Source of the DNA: Candidatus Aphodousia faecipullorum
GTDB lineage: Bacteria > Pseudomonadota > Gammaproteobacteria > Burkholderiales > Burkholderiaceae_F
DNA: 64,000 nucleotides
Reading direction: 5' to 3'
Assembly (NCBI GenBank): GCA_018714205.1
Contig: DVNR01000026.1
Span: 2,285 to 66,284, forward strand
Positions 11,566-22,148 of this stretch are shown here, one piece after another. The position numbers were made by a program, and so were the translations under genes. Position 1 is the first letter of the stretch, and each line of letters opens with the position of its first letter. The notes beneath the pieces are model-generated. The model was given only the letters and a program-made list of their open reading frames with translations. It was not told where the DNA came from and searched no databases.

Positions 11566-13371
11566 TTAAGCCTTCACCTTCATTTTGGCGGTAAGCTCTT
11601 TAAATTCCTTGATGTAGCTGCAGGCCTGGTCAATGCACTGGTTCCAGAACTCCGGTGTCGTGGCGTCCATGCCCATGTGCTTCTGAATCAAACCATCCAC
11701 CGTCATACGACCGGTATCGCGCAAGAATTCACGATAAAACCGCGGGAAATCCGCGCCGCGTTTTTGTTGTTCACGGCACAACCCTTGCGACATCAAATAA
11801 CCAACCATGTAGGCATAGTTGTAAATGTATTGGTCGGTCATGTAAAAGTGAAGCTTGTAGCACCACAAGTAGGGGTCGCAATCCTCAATGGCATCGCCCA
11901 TGTACTCGTGCCAGACGTCTTGCATCATTTGTTCTGCTTCTGCAGTCTTCACCAGCCCTTCCTGACGGCGAGCGATAAAGCGCTTTTCGAAATCCATACG
12001 AACCGGCAACTGCAAGCAGAAGTTCGCGCAGCTCACCAATTCCTGCCATAAAATAGCCAAACGTTCTTCATCGCTTTGGCTATGAGCGGCACAGTAACGA
12101 CGCAAGTTTGCTTCATTAAAAGTACTGGCTACTTCGGTAAGCGTCATCGGGAATTCTGTGAGGTTGGTCGGCATATCACGCATCACCCAATAGTGGAAGG
12201 CGTGACCTAACTCATGCGACTGTTGAATCACCGAGGCAAAACTGCCCTGATAGGTTGTAAAGACACGCGTTTGTTTAAAGCGGTTGAAGCGAGAATAGAA
12301 CGCGCCACCCCCCTTATTGGCATCCACGCGAGCATCCAACCAATGATTTTGGAGCATCATGTCAATAAATGCCGGGATGTCTGGATTGACCTCCACCAAG
12401 GCAGCTTTCACGGTCTTGATCGCTTCATCGTACGGAATGTAAGCGGCTTTGTCCGCGCTTTTCACAGGAATCGGAGCGAAAAAGTCACAAGCTTTCATCA
12501 CATCGCGTCCGAAGAACGGCGCTCTGACGCGAATCGCCTCGCGGATTTCATCAATGCGGTTATGGATGCATTCGATAGCGGCATCCAAAGCCTCGCGGCT
12601 CATGCGGTTTTGTTCGAGGCTCGGCTTCATCCAATCGGTCAAACCAGCTTCATGGAATTGAACCTTGCGGAATCCGTGCAACAAATTCAGTACGTCAACA
12701 TAATCGTCGGCGTGTTGCTTGTACCATGCATTGACCGCCTCTTGAGCAGTTTCACGAAGGGCAGGGTCGGTCGCACCTTTAAGCACACCGACGCACTGTG
12801 AATAGGTCAAAGTAACCTCTTCACCGGCAGAATTTTTGGCCTTAACGGCAAGTCGCTTGTTAAGACGCTTGTAAACGGCGTCCAAAGGATAGAACGATGA
12901 GCCGGCAAATTCGTTGATTAAACGACTTTGTTCGCTCGTTAATCCACTCTTCCAAGAATTTTTCTTCTCAAGCGTGTTAAAGCGCCAGTGAGCCACAGCC
13001 TCATTTTCCCAACGAGGATCATCTTCAGCCAAAGTGCCTAACATCTTGAAAAGAGGCTGACCGATGGCATCAAGTTGCGCGGCAATCATCTGCGTTTGAC
13101 CGAAAGCGCTCGAAGCATTGGTGTCAGTCACATCAATCGCAGAGGCACAGTAGGCAAACGAGATTAGTGAACTGATCCCCACGAACGCATCTTCATAAAC
13201 GGGCATCCATTGAACCACTTCATCAAAGCTTAAATCATGATCAAGGTGCTCGGAGAGCGTTTTCATTAAATCTTGAACATGAGCAAGCTCTTTAGTGTAA
13301 CGTTCGTCAGTCACACTCCCATAGGCATCTTCTAATGTCCAATGGGGCAATTGATCACCGGTCTGAGTCAT
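11566..13371 (-). CDS. pepF: M3B family oligoendopeptidase (PepF-like)
   Basis: HELGH zinc motif, LTEVAS, K.GGAF, HFY...YNYAY; start MTQTG with RBS GAGGAG. Confidence 0.85.
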   Translation of the reverse strand: MTQTGDQLPHWTLEDAYGSVTDERYTKELAHVQDLMKTLSEHLDHDLSFDEVVQWMPVYEDAFVGISSLISFAYCASAIDVTDTNASSAFGQTQMIAAQLDAIGQPLFKMLGTLAEDDPRWENEAVAHWRFNTLEKKNSWKSGLTSEQSRLINEFAGSSFYPLDAVYKRLNKRLAVKAKNSAGEEVTLTYSQCVGVLKGATDPALRETAQEAVNAWYKQHADDYVDVLNLLHGFRKVQFHEAGLTDWMKPSLEQNRMSREALDAAIECIHNRIDEIREAIRVRAPFFGRDVMKACDFFAPIPVKSADKAAYIPYDEAIKTVKAALVEVNPDIPAFIDMMLQNHWLDARVDANKGGGAFYSRFNRFKQTRVFTTYQGSFASVIQQSHELGHAFHYWVMRDMPTNLTEFPMTLTEVASTFNEANLRRYCAAHSQSDEERLAILWQELVSCANFCLQLPVRMDFEKRFIARRQEGLVKTAEAEQMMQDVWHEYMGDAIEDCDPYLWCYKLHFYMTDQYIYNYAYMVGYLMSQGLCREQQKRGADFPRFYREFLRDTGRMTVDGLIQKHMGMDATTPEFWNQCIDQACSYIKEFKELTAKMKVKA

Positions 13372-13497
13372 GGAAAATCTCCTCAAGAAAGAAGCAACAA
13401 ACGCGGAAATTTTACACTTGCCCTATCGCATTCTGCTTAAGGAGTTATCCCTAGCCAAAAAAGGGAATGACCTTAGAGATTGCCCGGAAAGCTATGC

Positions 13498-14397
13498 TTA
13501 TGGAAGAGATTTCAAATAGGAAAGCACTATCTGAAGGACGTTCGCGCAGATCTCATCCCGGTCAATTAGATCCGTGCCAGCTTCTGCGCGCAAATGCAAC
13601 GCCAGATAGTAACGGGCACCACGATCTGTCACAATGATCGCATGAATGGCCCGGGTGGCGCTATACGCGTCAGACCCCGCGCCAGTTCTGTCATATACGA
13701 GCCAATGCTCAGGAACCAAAGGCTTTAATAAATGGGAAGAAACCTGACTGGAAGCCAAATCATTGAGCCATAAGGATCTTGCTTGCTTAGAAAGCTTGTG
13801 GTCTATTCGCAGCCAATTCAAGGAAGCATTGCTCGGTGTGGTTGTATCCCGATATTCCGTTTTGCCGGAGAGATTCAATTGTGGCTCGAGTCGATCGCTG
13901 CGGGTGGTGTTGTCTCCCAATTGCCGTAGCCAATTGGTCAAAGCGGCCGGTCCACCCGTCTGCTGAAAGATAAAATTCGCCGCGCGATTATCACTAGTAG
14001 AGAGTGCGGCACGACACGCCTGTCCTAGTGTGATCAAGGCATTTGATGGCAAATTACCTAAAACCGGAGAGTGAGGCACTGGTTTAGCTGTTCCAATTGG
14101 CGCCTTTTGTTCTTGCAATCCCAATTCATAGACTCGAGCGCATTCCAGCGCCTTCACTGTGCTTGTCAATGGGAAGCGCTCGCGACTGCGCCACTCCAAA
14201 AGCACCTGGCCTTCCTCATTTCTTACAGACAAACCAATAGCAACACTTTGCTGCCTCTCAATATTGAGGACATCCTGTTGCGCACGTTCCATATCATCCC
14301 TTGAGGGAGACACGAGCGCTGAACTACACGCCGTTGTCAACAAGCCGACCGCTGTGCAGAAGATAGCAATTGCGCAAGAACTTCCAACTCTCAACAT
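13498..14397 (-). CDS. Class A beta-lactamase homologue (CARB/RTG-like), possible lipoprotein
   Basis: RFPLTSTVK (S70xxK), SDN, RLEPQLN (E166/N170), RDTTTP, DRTGAG; LLTTAC lipobox-like signal. Confidence 0.85.
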   Translation of the reverse strand: MLRVGSSCAIAIFCTAVGLLTTACSSALVSPSRDDMERAQQDVLNIERQQSVAIGLSVRNEEGQVLLEWRSRERFPLTSTVKALECARVYELGLQEQKAPIGTAKPVPHSPVLGNLPSNALITLGQACRAALSTSDNRAANFIFQQTGGPAALTNWLRQLGDNTTRSDRLEPQLNLSGKTEYRDTTTPSNASLNWLRIDHKLSKQARSLWLNDLASSQVSSHLLKPLVPEHWLVYDRTGAGSDAYSATRAIHAIIVTDRGARYYLALHLRAEAGTDLIDRDEICANVLQIVLSYLKSLP

Positions 14398-14448
14398 GGT
14401 TCTCTCCGAGATAGTGAGATGCAAAAGCAAATCAGGAACCCGTGACGA

Positions 14449-15579
<1,131 letters not shown>

Positions 15580-15640
15580 CTAACGCCGTCTCCTTAACAA
15601 ATTAAAAACAAAACGGGAAAATCCGTCTCCATGATAAGAC

Positions 15641-15664
15641 AAAAGCCATGTCAAGTGACATGGC
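15641..15664 (-). terminator. Terminator downstream of rpmA
   Basis: GCCATGTCA/TGACATGGC stem followed by TTTT on the minus strand. Confidence 0.6.
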
Positions 15665-15727
15665 CTTTGCGTGTCGGGCTATTTCAATGCGCTTTTAAAG
15701 GCGCACCTTGAGCCTTGCCTAATTGGA

Positions 15728-15985
15728 TTAGGCAGGAATAACCGTCACAAAACGATGATTCTTCGGGCCCTTGACCTCGAACTTCACCGTACCGTCAACC
15801 TTAGCAAACAACGTATGGTCACGACCCATGCCGACATTGTCACCCGGATGGAACTGCGTGCCACGTTGGCGAACGATGATGCCACCGGCGGTGATCGCGG
15901 CGTCACCAAAAACCTTTACACCAAGACGCTTAGCTTGGGAATCACGACCGTTGCGGGTAGAACCGCCACCCTTTTTATGTGCCAT
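15728..15985 (-). CDS. rpmA: 50S ribosomal protein L27
   Basis: [16 protein letters not shown]...IIVRQRGT. Confidence 0.98.
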   Translation of the reverse strand: MAHKKGGGSTRNGRDSQAKRLGVKVFGDAAITAGGIIVRQRGTQFHPGDNVGMGRDHTLFAKVDGTVKFEVKGPKNHRFVTVIPA

Positions 15986-16010
15986 TTTCTTACTCTCTTA
16001 AAAGTCGATA

Positions 16011-16322
16011 TTAAGCCGCGATCGTTTCGATCTTGAGCTCCGTGTAGTTTTGACGATGACCAGCGCTCTTGATGGAGTGCTTGCGACGACGCATCTTGAA
16101 AATGCGAACCTTATCGTGACGACCGTGAGAAACGACCGTGGCGGTTACGCTAGCACCTTCAACGAAGGGAGCACCAACCTTGAGTTCATTGCCATCGGAA
16201 ACAGCCAAGACTTCAGAAAGGGTCACTTGGGAGCCGACTTCAGCGTTCAAGGATTCAACCTTGAGCTTGTCACCAGCAGCAACGCGATATTGCTTGCCGC
16301 CAGTCTTGATAATTGCGTACAT
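16011..16322 (-). CDS. rplU: 50S ribosomal protein L21
   Basis: [14 protein letters not shown]...GHRQNYT. Confidence 0.98.
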   Translation of the reverse strand: MYAIIKTGGKQYRVAAGDKLKVESLNAEVGSQVTLSEVLAVSDGNELKVGAPFVEGASVTATVVSHGRHDKVRIFKMRRRKHSIKSAGHRQNYTELKIETIAA

Positions 16323-16606
16323 TGATTTATACCTCGCCCGTTTCGCTCAGCCAACGCACTGTCTGCGAAACCTTTTTATATTTAATCAATCCGACAAATG
16401 TCGGATCTACTCATGCGTGGGAAAGCGGATTATTTCACAAATCAATGATTTATGCAAATATCTATCGCATCAAGCCCAATCGTCTTCGATTTCCCTCATT
16501 TTGAACCAACAAGAGATAGTGATAACCCGACAAATTACAAAAAAATGAAATCAGAACACAGCAAGTTGGATATGATTAGCGAAAAAATTGGGGGATATTA
16601 TCCTTT

Positions 16607-16635
16607 TTGTCATCGTTTTGTCATAAAACTGTCAT
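16607..16635 (+). promoter_or_regulatory. PHO box (PhoB binding site), three half-sites
   Basis: TTGTCAT-CGTT-TTGTCAT-AAAA-CTGTCAT with 11-bp period, 70 bp upstream of a phosphate transporter. Confidence 0.85.
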
Positions 16636-16705
16636 AAACTTCGCCCAAACAAAAAAGCTTAATTCATAATTAAGTCATACTTCGACCACTCCGACAGAGG
16701 ATGTT

Positions 16706-18976
16706 ATGGATAATTATTACATCGCGGTATTAGCTTTTTTAGGCTGTCTGGCGATTTTTGACCTTTTTGTTGGCGTTAGCAACGACGCCGTCAATTTCTT
16801 GAATTCCGCGCTTGGGTGCCGCATTGCTAAATTCAGGACCACAATGTGGGTGGCGACATTCGGTGTGCTGCTTGGCGCGACGTTTTCCTCCGGAATGATG
16901 GAGATTGCCCGCTCCGGCGTTTTCCACCCGCAAATGTTCTCCTTCTCAGAAATCATGATTATCTTCTTTGCCGTCATGATTGCTGATGTCGTGCTACTGG
17001 ATGCCTTTAATTCGTTAGGCTTACCGACTTCCACGACAGTATCCATTGTGTTTGAGCTGTTGGGCAGCGCCATGGCGGCGGCCTTTTTCAAACTTTATAT
17101 GGACGGCGGTTCCATCGAAATGGTGTTTGATTACATCAACACCAGCAAAGCACTCACGATTATTTCGGCCATCTTAGTCTCTGTCGTAGTCGCTTTCGTG
17201 AGTGGAGCGGTGATTCAGTACATCATGCGCCTCATTTTCTCTTTCTACTTTGAGCGCATGTACTACAAGATCGGCGCTATCTTCGGAGGCTTTTGCATCA
17301 CCGCCATCATGTACTTCCTTGTGATGAAGGGAGCGAAAGGCGCAAGCTTCATGCAACCGGAATGGATCGCATGGATTGATGCCAACACACGGATTATTCT
17401 GATTTCTCTTTTTGTCGGATTATCAGTTTTCTTTCAAATCCTCATCATGGCCTTCAAGGTCAATATTTTTAAAATCGTGATTCTTTCGGGAACCTTCTCA
17501 TTAGCCTTCGCGTTCGCCGGCAATGACTTGGTGAACTTCGTAGGTGTTCCGCTTGCGGCTCTCGACAGTTGGAAGATTTGGAGCGCGGCTGGCAATCCGG
17601 CGGATGACTCGTTCATGATGAGCGGCCTTTTGAATCCGGTTAAGACCGATACGATCTTTCTTGTCGCCTCGGGCCTTGTCATGACGTTCACGCTTTGGTT
17701 CTCAAAGAAAGCGCATCGTGTCATTCAAACGTCTTTGAACCTGTCCGCTCAACAAAGTGACCATGAGCTCTTCGGTTCTTCTCTTGCCGGTCGCGTCATT
17801 GTGCGTACAACAATGAGCTTGGGCAGCATTGTCAACCAAATCATCCCCGGCGCTGTTAAAAAAGGACTTGATTCCCGTTTCAAGCACCGCCGCTTAGCCA
17901 GAGGCGAAGAACCGCTTCCCTTTGACTATGTTCGCGCTTCAGTGAACTTGGTGCTTTCAGCCATTTTGATCGCCTCGGCCACCTCATTGCAGTTGCCCTT
18001 GTCAACAACTTATGTCACTTTCATGGTTGCGATGGGCTCTAGCTTCGCTGATGGCGCTTGGGATCGTGAAACAGCCGTTTATCGTATCTCAGGCGTGCTC
18101 ACCGTAATCAGCGGTTGGTTCTTGACCGCCTTGACGGCCAGTACCTTGGCCGCCGTAATTTGCTTGTTGATGTTCTTTGGCGGCTCCGTCGTCTCGTTCT
18201 TACTTGCTTTGCTTGCCTGCGCTTTGTTGATTCGTTCGAACATTCGTTTCAGCAAAGAAAACAAAGCATTCCAGGCAGAGCGCAAAATGCGCTACGACGT
18301 CAACACGATTCGCGGCATTCTTAATGAACGCATTTCGCAAAATTTATTCACGACGGTCACTCTCTACAATAGTATCGTTGAGAACTTTTTGGGAGATAGT
18401 GAAAGCGGTTTACGCAAGATTAAGCTCAAAGCAAATGCCAATTTTGATCGCTTAACACGCGAACGTGGGCTTTATTATCGAATGAATTATTCGAAGTACA
18501 AGCCGAATAAGGAAGATTTCGACGCCCGCTATAGTTATTTCCGCACTTTTACACACTTACGTGATGTCGGACGTTCGTTGCAAAGCTTGGCTCGTGTGGC
18601 AAAAGATCATATCGCAAACCGTCACAGAACTTTCCAGGGCGAACTGGGACAGGACTTGGCAGATCTTTCGCAATTGCTCGTTGAAATTGTTGGATCCAAT
18701 CAAGATACCCAAAGCGTTGCGGCCTTCCATCAAAATGCCCAGACGTTGCTCAACCGCATTGAGACGATTCAGGAGAAACTTTTGTTAACTGGTCCTGAAA
18801 ATGGTTTTTCATCACGTGGTTGTGAAATTTATTTGAGTTTCCTGCTCTTTGCCCGAGAACTCATCAACCACTACGAAATTATTCAAATGTTGCAGCAAAA
18901 ATTAAATAATTCCGTTGCAACACAGGCTTCGTCTTCGACAACACCTACTGTTTCAGAAGTCAAACCGGCCGTTTAA
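16706..18976 (+). CDS. Inorganic phosphate transporter (PiT/PHO4 family) with long helical C-terminal domain
   Basis: Duplicated PiT signatures GVSNDAVN / FAGNDLVN and PTSTT / PLSTT; many TM helices; about 230-aa soluble C-terminus. Confidence 0.85.
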   Translation: MDNYYIAVLAFLGCLAIFDLFVGVSNDAVNFLNSALGCRIAKFRTTMWVATFGVLLGATFSSGMMEIARSGVFHPQMFSFSEIMIIFFAVMIADVVLLDAFNSLGLPTSTTVSIVFELLGSAMAAAFFKLYMDGGSIEMVFDYINTSKALTIISAILVSVVVAFVSGAVIQYIMRLIFSFYFERMYYKIGAIFGGFCITAIMYFLVMKGAKGASFMQPEWIAWIDANTRIILISLFVGLSVFFQILIMAFKVNIFKIVILSGTFSLAFAFAGNDLVNFVGVPLAALDSWKIWSAAGNPADDSFMMSGLLNPVKTDTIFLVASGLVMTFTLWFSKKAHRVIQTSLNLSAQQSDHELFGSSLAGRVIVRTTMSLGSIVNQIIPGAVKKGLDSRFKHRRLARGEEPLPFDYVRASVNLVLSAILIASATSLQLPLSTTYVTFMVAMGSSFADGAWDRETAVYRISGVLTVISGWFLTALTASTLAAVICLLMFFGGSVVSFLLALLACALLIRSNIRFSKENKAFQAERKMRYDVNTIRGILNERISQNLFTTVTLYNSIVENFLGDSESGLRKIKLKANANFDRLTRERGLYYRMNYSKYKPNKEDFDARYSYFRTFTHLRDVGRSLQSLARVAKDHIANRHRTFQGELGQDLADLSQLLVEIVGSNQDTQSVAAFHQNAQTLLNRIETIQEKLLLTGPENGFSSRGCEIYLSFLLFARELINHYEIIQMLQQKLNNSVATQASSSTTPTVSEVKPAV

Positions 18977-18995
18977 TTTCGCCATTGACTCGTTC

Positions 18996-19030
18996 AATCC
19001 CCGTTGCCTTGAGGCAACGGGGATTTTTTT
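18996..19030 (+). terminator. Intrinsic terminator
   Basis: AATCCCCGTTGCCT-TG-AGGCAACGGGGATT followed by a T tract. Confidence 0.85.
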
Positions 19031-19072
19031 CAGGGCAAATTGTATGCGTTGCTCGGTATAATGCTTGCCACT

Positions 19073-20074
19073 ATGTCAAATACTAATTTTTCTCCGTCGA
19101 CTCTAAGTGCTGCCCAACAGGCGCTAGCACCCATCGCCGACGACATGATTGCGGTCGATCAAATTCTCCACAAAGAGCTCTCCGATAGCCAAAGCCCCAA
19201 AATTGCAGAAGTTGGCAATTACATTATTGAAGCGGGCGGGAAACGCATGCGCCCCGCTCTTTTAATGCTGATGGCTCGGGCACTTGGTTATGACGGCACA
19301 CAGCATCGTGAGCTTGGGGCAACCATTGAAATGCTCCACACGGCAACTTTGATGCACGACGATGTTGTTGACGAAGGGATGATGCGCCGGGGACGCCCAA
19401 CAGCAAATGCCCAATGGGGCAATAGCATTGCTGTATTGGTCGGCGACTTCATGTACACCCGTTCTTTCCAGATGATGGTGCGCATCGGAAATTTACAAGT
19501 CATGCAAGCTTTGGCGAAAGCCGCCAACATCTTAAGCGAAGGCGAAGTAATTCAAATGCAAAACGCGCATGATCCTTCGGTTGACGAGATTCGGTATCTT
19601 CGTGTCATCGAACGCAAAACCTCTGCGCTTTTTGTCGCTGCCGCTCAAATGGCTTGTGCGATTGCTCATGCGAAACCCGAACAAGAAAAAGCTCTCATTC
19701 ATTATTGCCATGCCTTAGGCAATGCTTTTCAAATCGCTGACGACATTCTCGACTATTCGGGAGATCCTGCGCAAAGTGGAAAACAAATTGGAGCCGATTT
19801 CGCCGAAGGAAAAGTGACGTTGCCTGTTATCTATGCGTTAGAAGAAACCTCTACCGATGATCGTCACTTTATTGAAGAGGCAATTCGTCATGGCCATGGT
19901 GATTTTGAGAAAATTTCTACCATTATCCGTGGCACGAAAGCCATTGAACGGTGTACAATGCGTGCTCACCAAGAGTTAGAAAAAGGAAAGGATGCGTTAA
20001 ATGCATTGAACCCTTCCATTTTCAGAAATTCTTTGGTACAATTATTGTCTTTCGTAGTTGAGAGAAAATCTTAA
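19073..20074 (+). CDS. ispB: Octaprenyl diphosphate synthase
   Basis: GGKRMRP, LMHDDVVD..RRG, FQIADDILD, EGKVTLP; start codon uncertain (19061 or 19073). Confidence 0.92.
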   Translation: MSNTNFSPSTLSAAQQALAPIADDMIAVDQILHKELSDSQSPKIAEVGNYIIEAGGKRMRPALLMLMARALGYDGTQHRELGATIEMLHTATLMHDDVVDEGMMRRGRPTANAQWGNSIAVLVGDFMYTRSFQMMVRIGNLQVMQALAKAANILSEGEVIQMQNAHDPSVDEIRYLRVIERKTSALFVAAAQMACAIAHAKPEQEKALIHYCHALGNAFQIADDILDYSGDPAQSGKQIGADFAEGKVTLPVIYALEETSTDDRHFIEEAIRHGHGDFEKISTIIRGTKAIERCTMRAHQELEKGKDALNALNPSIFRNSLVQLLSFVVERKS

Positions 20075-20082
20075 CAGCGATT

Positions 20083-20159
<77 letters not shown>

Positions 20160-20166
20160 GAATTCC

Positions 20167-20192
20167 AAAAGCGACTTTCGAGTCGCTTTTTT
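20167..20192 (+). terminator. Terminator after tRNA-Pro
   Basis: AAAAGCGACT-TTCG-AGTCGCTTTTTT. Confidence 0.85.
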
Positions 20193-20293
20193 ATTTTCGA
20201 TTCGCAGATTTTCTACAATTTGCCGATTTTACGACTCAAGGATCGTATAATCTTTTGCATTCTCCCTAATTTTCATTTAATAAAGGATTTTCC

Positions 20294-20923
20294 ATGCCTT
20301 GGATTGTCGGCCTAACCGGCGGTATCGGTTCTGGGAAAACTCAAGCCAGCAATGCGTTTGCCGCCTTGGGTGTCCCGGTTATTGATACGGATTTGATCAG
20401 CCACGCTCTCACAGCTCCACGAGGTTTGGCAATTGAAGCCATCCGCGCAACATTCGGCGATGCCATGATCACCGCTTCCGGCGAAATGGATCGCCAAAAA
20501 ATGCGTGACTTGGTTTTCACGAATCCCCAAGCAAAAAAACAACTAGAATCAATTCTCCATCCACTGATTGCCAGGGTTGCCCTCGCTTCTGTGAGCCAAC
20601 ATAGCGACTCCCCCTACGTTGTGCTGGTTGTTCCTTTGCTCGCAGAAAGTCCTGCCTGGATTAATCGTTGCGACCGGATTCTCGTGATTGATTGTGATAT
20701 TGAGACACAAATTAAACGCATTATGAAGCGTTCACACCTCACTCGCGAACAAGCGGCCGCTATCATCGCTTCCCAAGCCACTCGTGATGAACGCAAATCG
20801 ATTGCCAATGAAGTGATTGTTAATGAGTCAACGATTGAACACCTGAATCAGCAGGTTAAGCATTTGCACGATTATTATCTGCGTCTTGCGAGTCAATCTC
20901 CTAACTCAGGAGCCCCTGTATGA
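20294..20923 (+). CDS. coaE: Dephospho-CoA kinase
   Basis: [13 protein letters not shown]-loop, [14 protein letters not shown]. Confidence 0.95.
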   Translation: MPWIVGLTGGIGSGKTQASNAFAALGVPVIDTDLISHALTAPRGLAIEAIRATFGDAMITASGEMDRQKMRDLVFTNPQAKKQLESILHPLIARVALASVSQHSDSPYVVLVVPLLAESPAWINRCDRILVIDCDIETQIKRIMKRSHLTREQAAAIIASQATRDERKSIANEVIVNESTIEHLNQQVKHLHDYYLRLASQSPNSGAPV

Positions 20924-21162
20924 TCGTGAAATGCCCTACTTGCCATAAACCGGTTGAATGGTCCGAAAAAAATCCTTGGCGCCCGTTCTGTTCCGAGCGA
21001 TGCAAGCTCATCGATCTGGGCGAATGGGCTAGTGATAGTTATGTTATTCGTGGCAACAGTTACGCGCAAACCAATGAATCTGAGGCTGATCGGCTAGCCC
21101 AAGAGCTCTTTTCTTCAATTCCTGAAGAAAAGCCCAATAAAAAATGCTCAGAAGAAAAATAG
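20920..21162 (+). CDS. yacG: DNA gyrase inhibitor YacG
   Basis: CPTC...[17 protein letters not shown] zinc finger; ATGA overlap with coaE. Confidence 0.93.
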   Translation: MIVKCPTCHKPVEWSEKNPWRPFCSERCKLIDLGEWASDSYVIRGNSYAQTNESEADRLAQELFSSIPEEKPNKKCSEEK

Positions 21163-21229
21163 ACCATCAAGGAGGCTTTGGCCCCCTTGATATTTAAGAC
21201 AACAAAACAAACGGTTGGAACCCGAATTA

Positions 21230-22069
21230 TCAAATCGTTTCAATCCATCCGTTAGCTCCATGTGGACGCAAAAAACGGTCTGAGCTAAGGCGGACATTCG
21301 TCGCGTAAAGCGGCACAGGGTTATTTTCAAAGAGACGTTGCCAGGCACTTGATCCTACTTGAACCGATGAAGGAGCTAAAGCGAAGAGCGCACCAGCCTT
21401 GTCAACCGCCGACCAATCATCATCGGAAACCTCAACTGCAATGCGGCTATGAGCCACAGCAGAAAGCTCATCGCCCCGAGCATACACTCCATCGGCTTTT
21501 TGTTGGACAGAGGAATCTGCTCTCGCACTCACCCAACATTCTTTAAATCCGGTTTGTGCCAAAACCTCTTTGATGCGATCAATATCCTTCGCGTATCGCT
21601 CTCCCAACATGATCCCATCAAAATGTCGCTCTTTGAGTTTTTCCCACTCAGGGTTTTCTCCCTCCAAACGTAACCAGTGAACTGGCAAACTTAGCCATTT
21701 TGCAATCGGTTTGCTCGCATCCAAAACGGGGGTAGGCCATTGATCAATCGAAAAGAATCCAAACTGTTGTTTTTCTCTCGCTCGAGGCGCACCCTCCCAA
21801 TGCCATGCTCGAACAAAATGCAATCTAACCGTCGCATGAGCGTAAACATGAGTCAATGTAACCCAAGGAGCCACTTCTTTGATGACCATCCCTAACTCTT
21901 CCCACATTTCTCGCTCTATGGTTTCCTTAATGGTTTCACCGGCTTCCATTTTTCCACCCGGAAATTCCCACCAACCGGCATAAACTTTGCCTTCCGGGCG
22001 AGAATTTAAAAGGCATTTTCCATCCTTGTCAATCAATACAGCGCATACAACAGGCGTGATTTGGGACAT
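21230..22069 (-). CDS. mutT: MutT-like Nudix hydrolase with degenerate C-terminal domain
   Basis: RPEGKVYAGWWEFPGGKMEAGE..REMWEELG; position downstream of secA. Confidence 0.8.
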   Translation of the reverse strand: MSQITPVVCAVLIDKDGKCLLNSRPEGKVYAGWWEFPGGKMEAGETIKETIEREMWEELGMVIKEVAPWVTLTHVYAHATVRLHFVRAWHWEGAPRAREKQQFGFFSIDQWPTPVLDASKPIAKWLSLPVHWLRLEGENPEWEKLKERHFDGIMLGERYAKDIDRIKEVLAQTGFKECWVSARADSSVQQKADGVYARGDELSAVAHSRIAVEVSDDDWSAVDKAGALFALAPSSVQVGSSAWQRLFENNPVPLYATNVRLSSDRFLRPHGANGWIETI

Positions 22070-22091
22070 ATTCTTTACCTAAAATTGTTTG

Positions 22092-22115
22092 AAAAAGGCG
22101 CTCCGAAGAGCGCCT
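22092..22115 (-). terminator. Terminator after secA
   Basis: Minus strand AGGCGCTC-TTCG-GAGCGCCTTTTT. Confidence 0.8.
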
Positions 22116-22148
22116 GAAACAAGCTGACCTTGAGCCGATCAATACCCA

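Noticed and set aside
21230-21690. Novel fusion domain on MutT
   Set aside because: Nudix plus thiamine-phosphate-synthase-like C-terminus is common at this locus in Proteobacteria; this looks like a degenerate version
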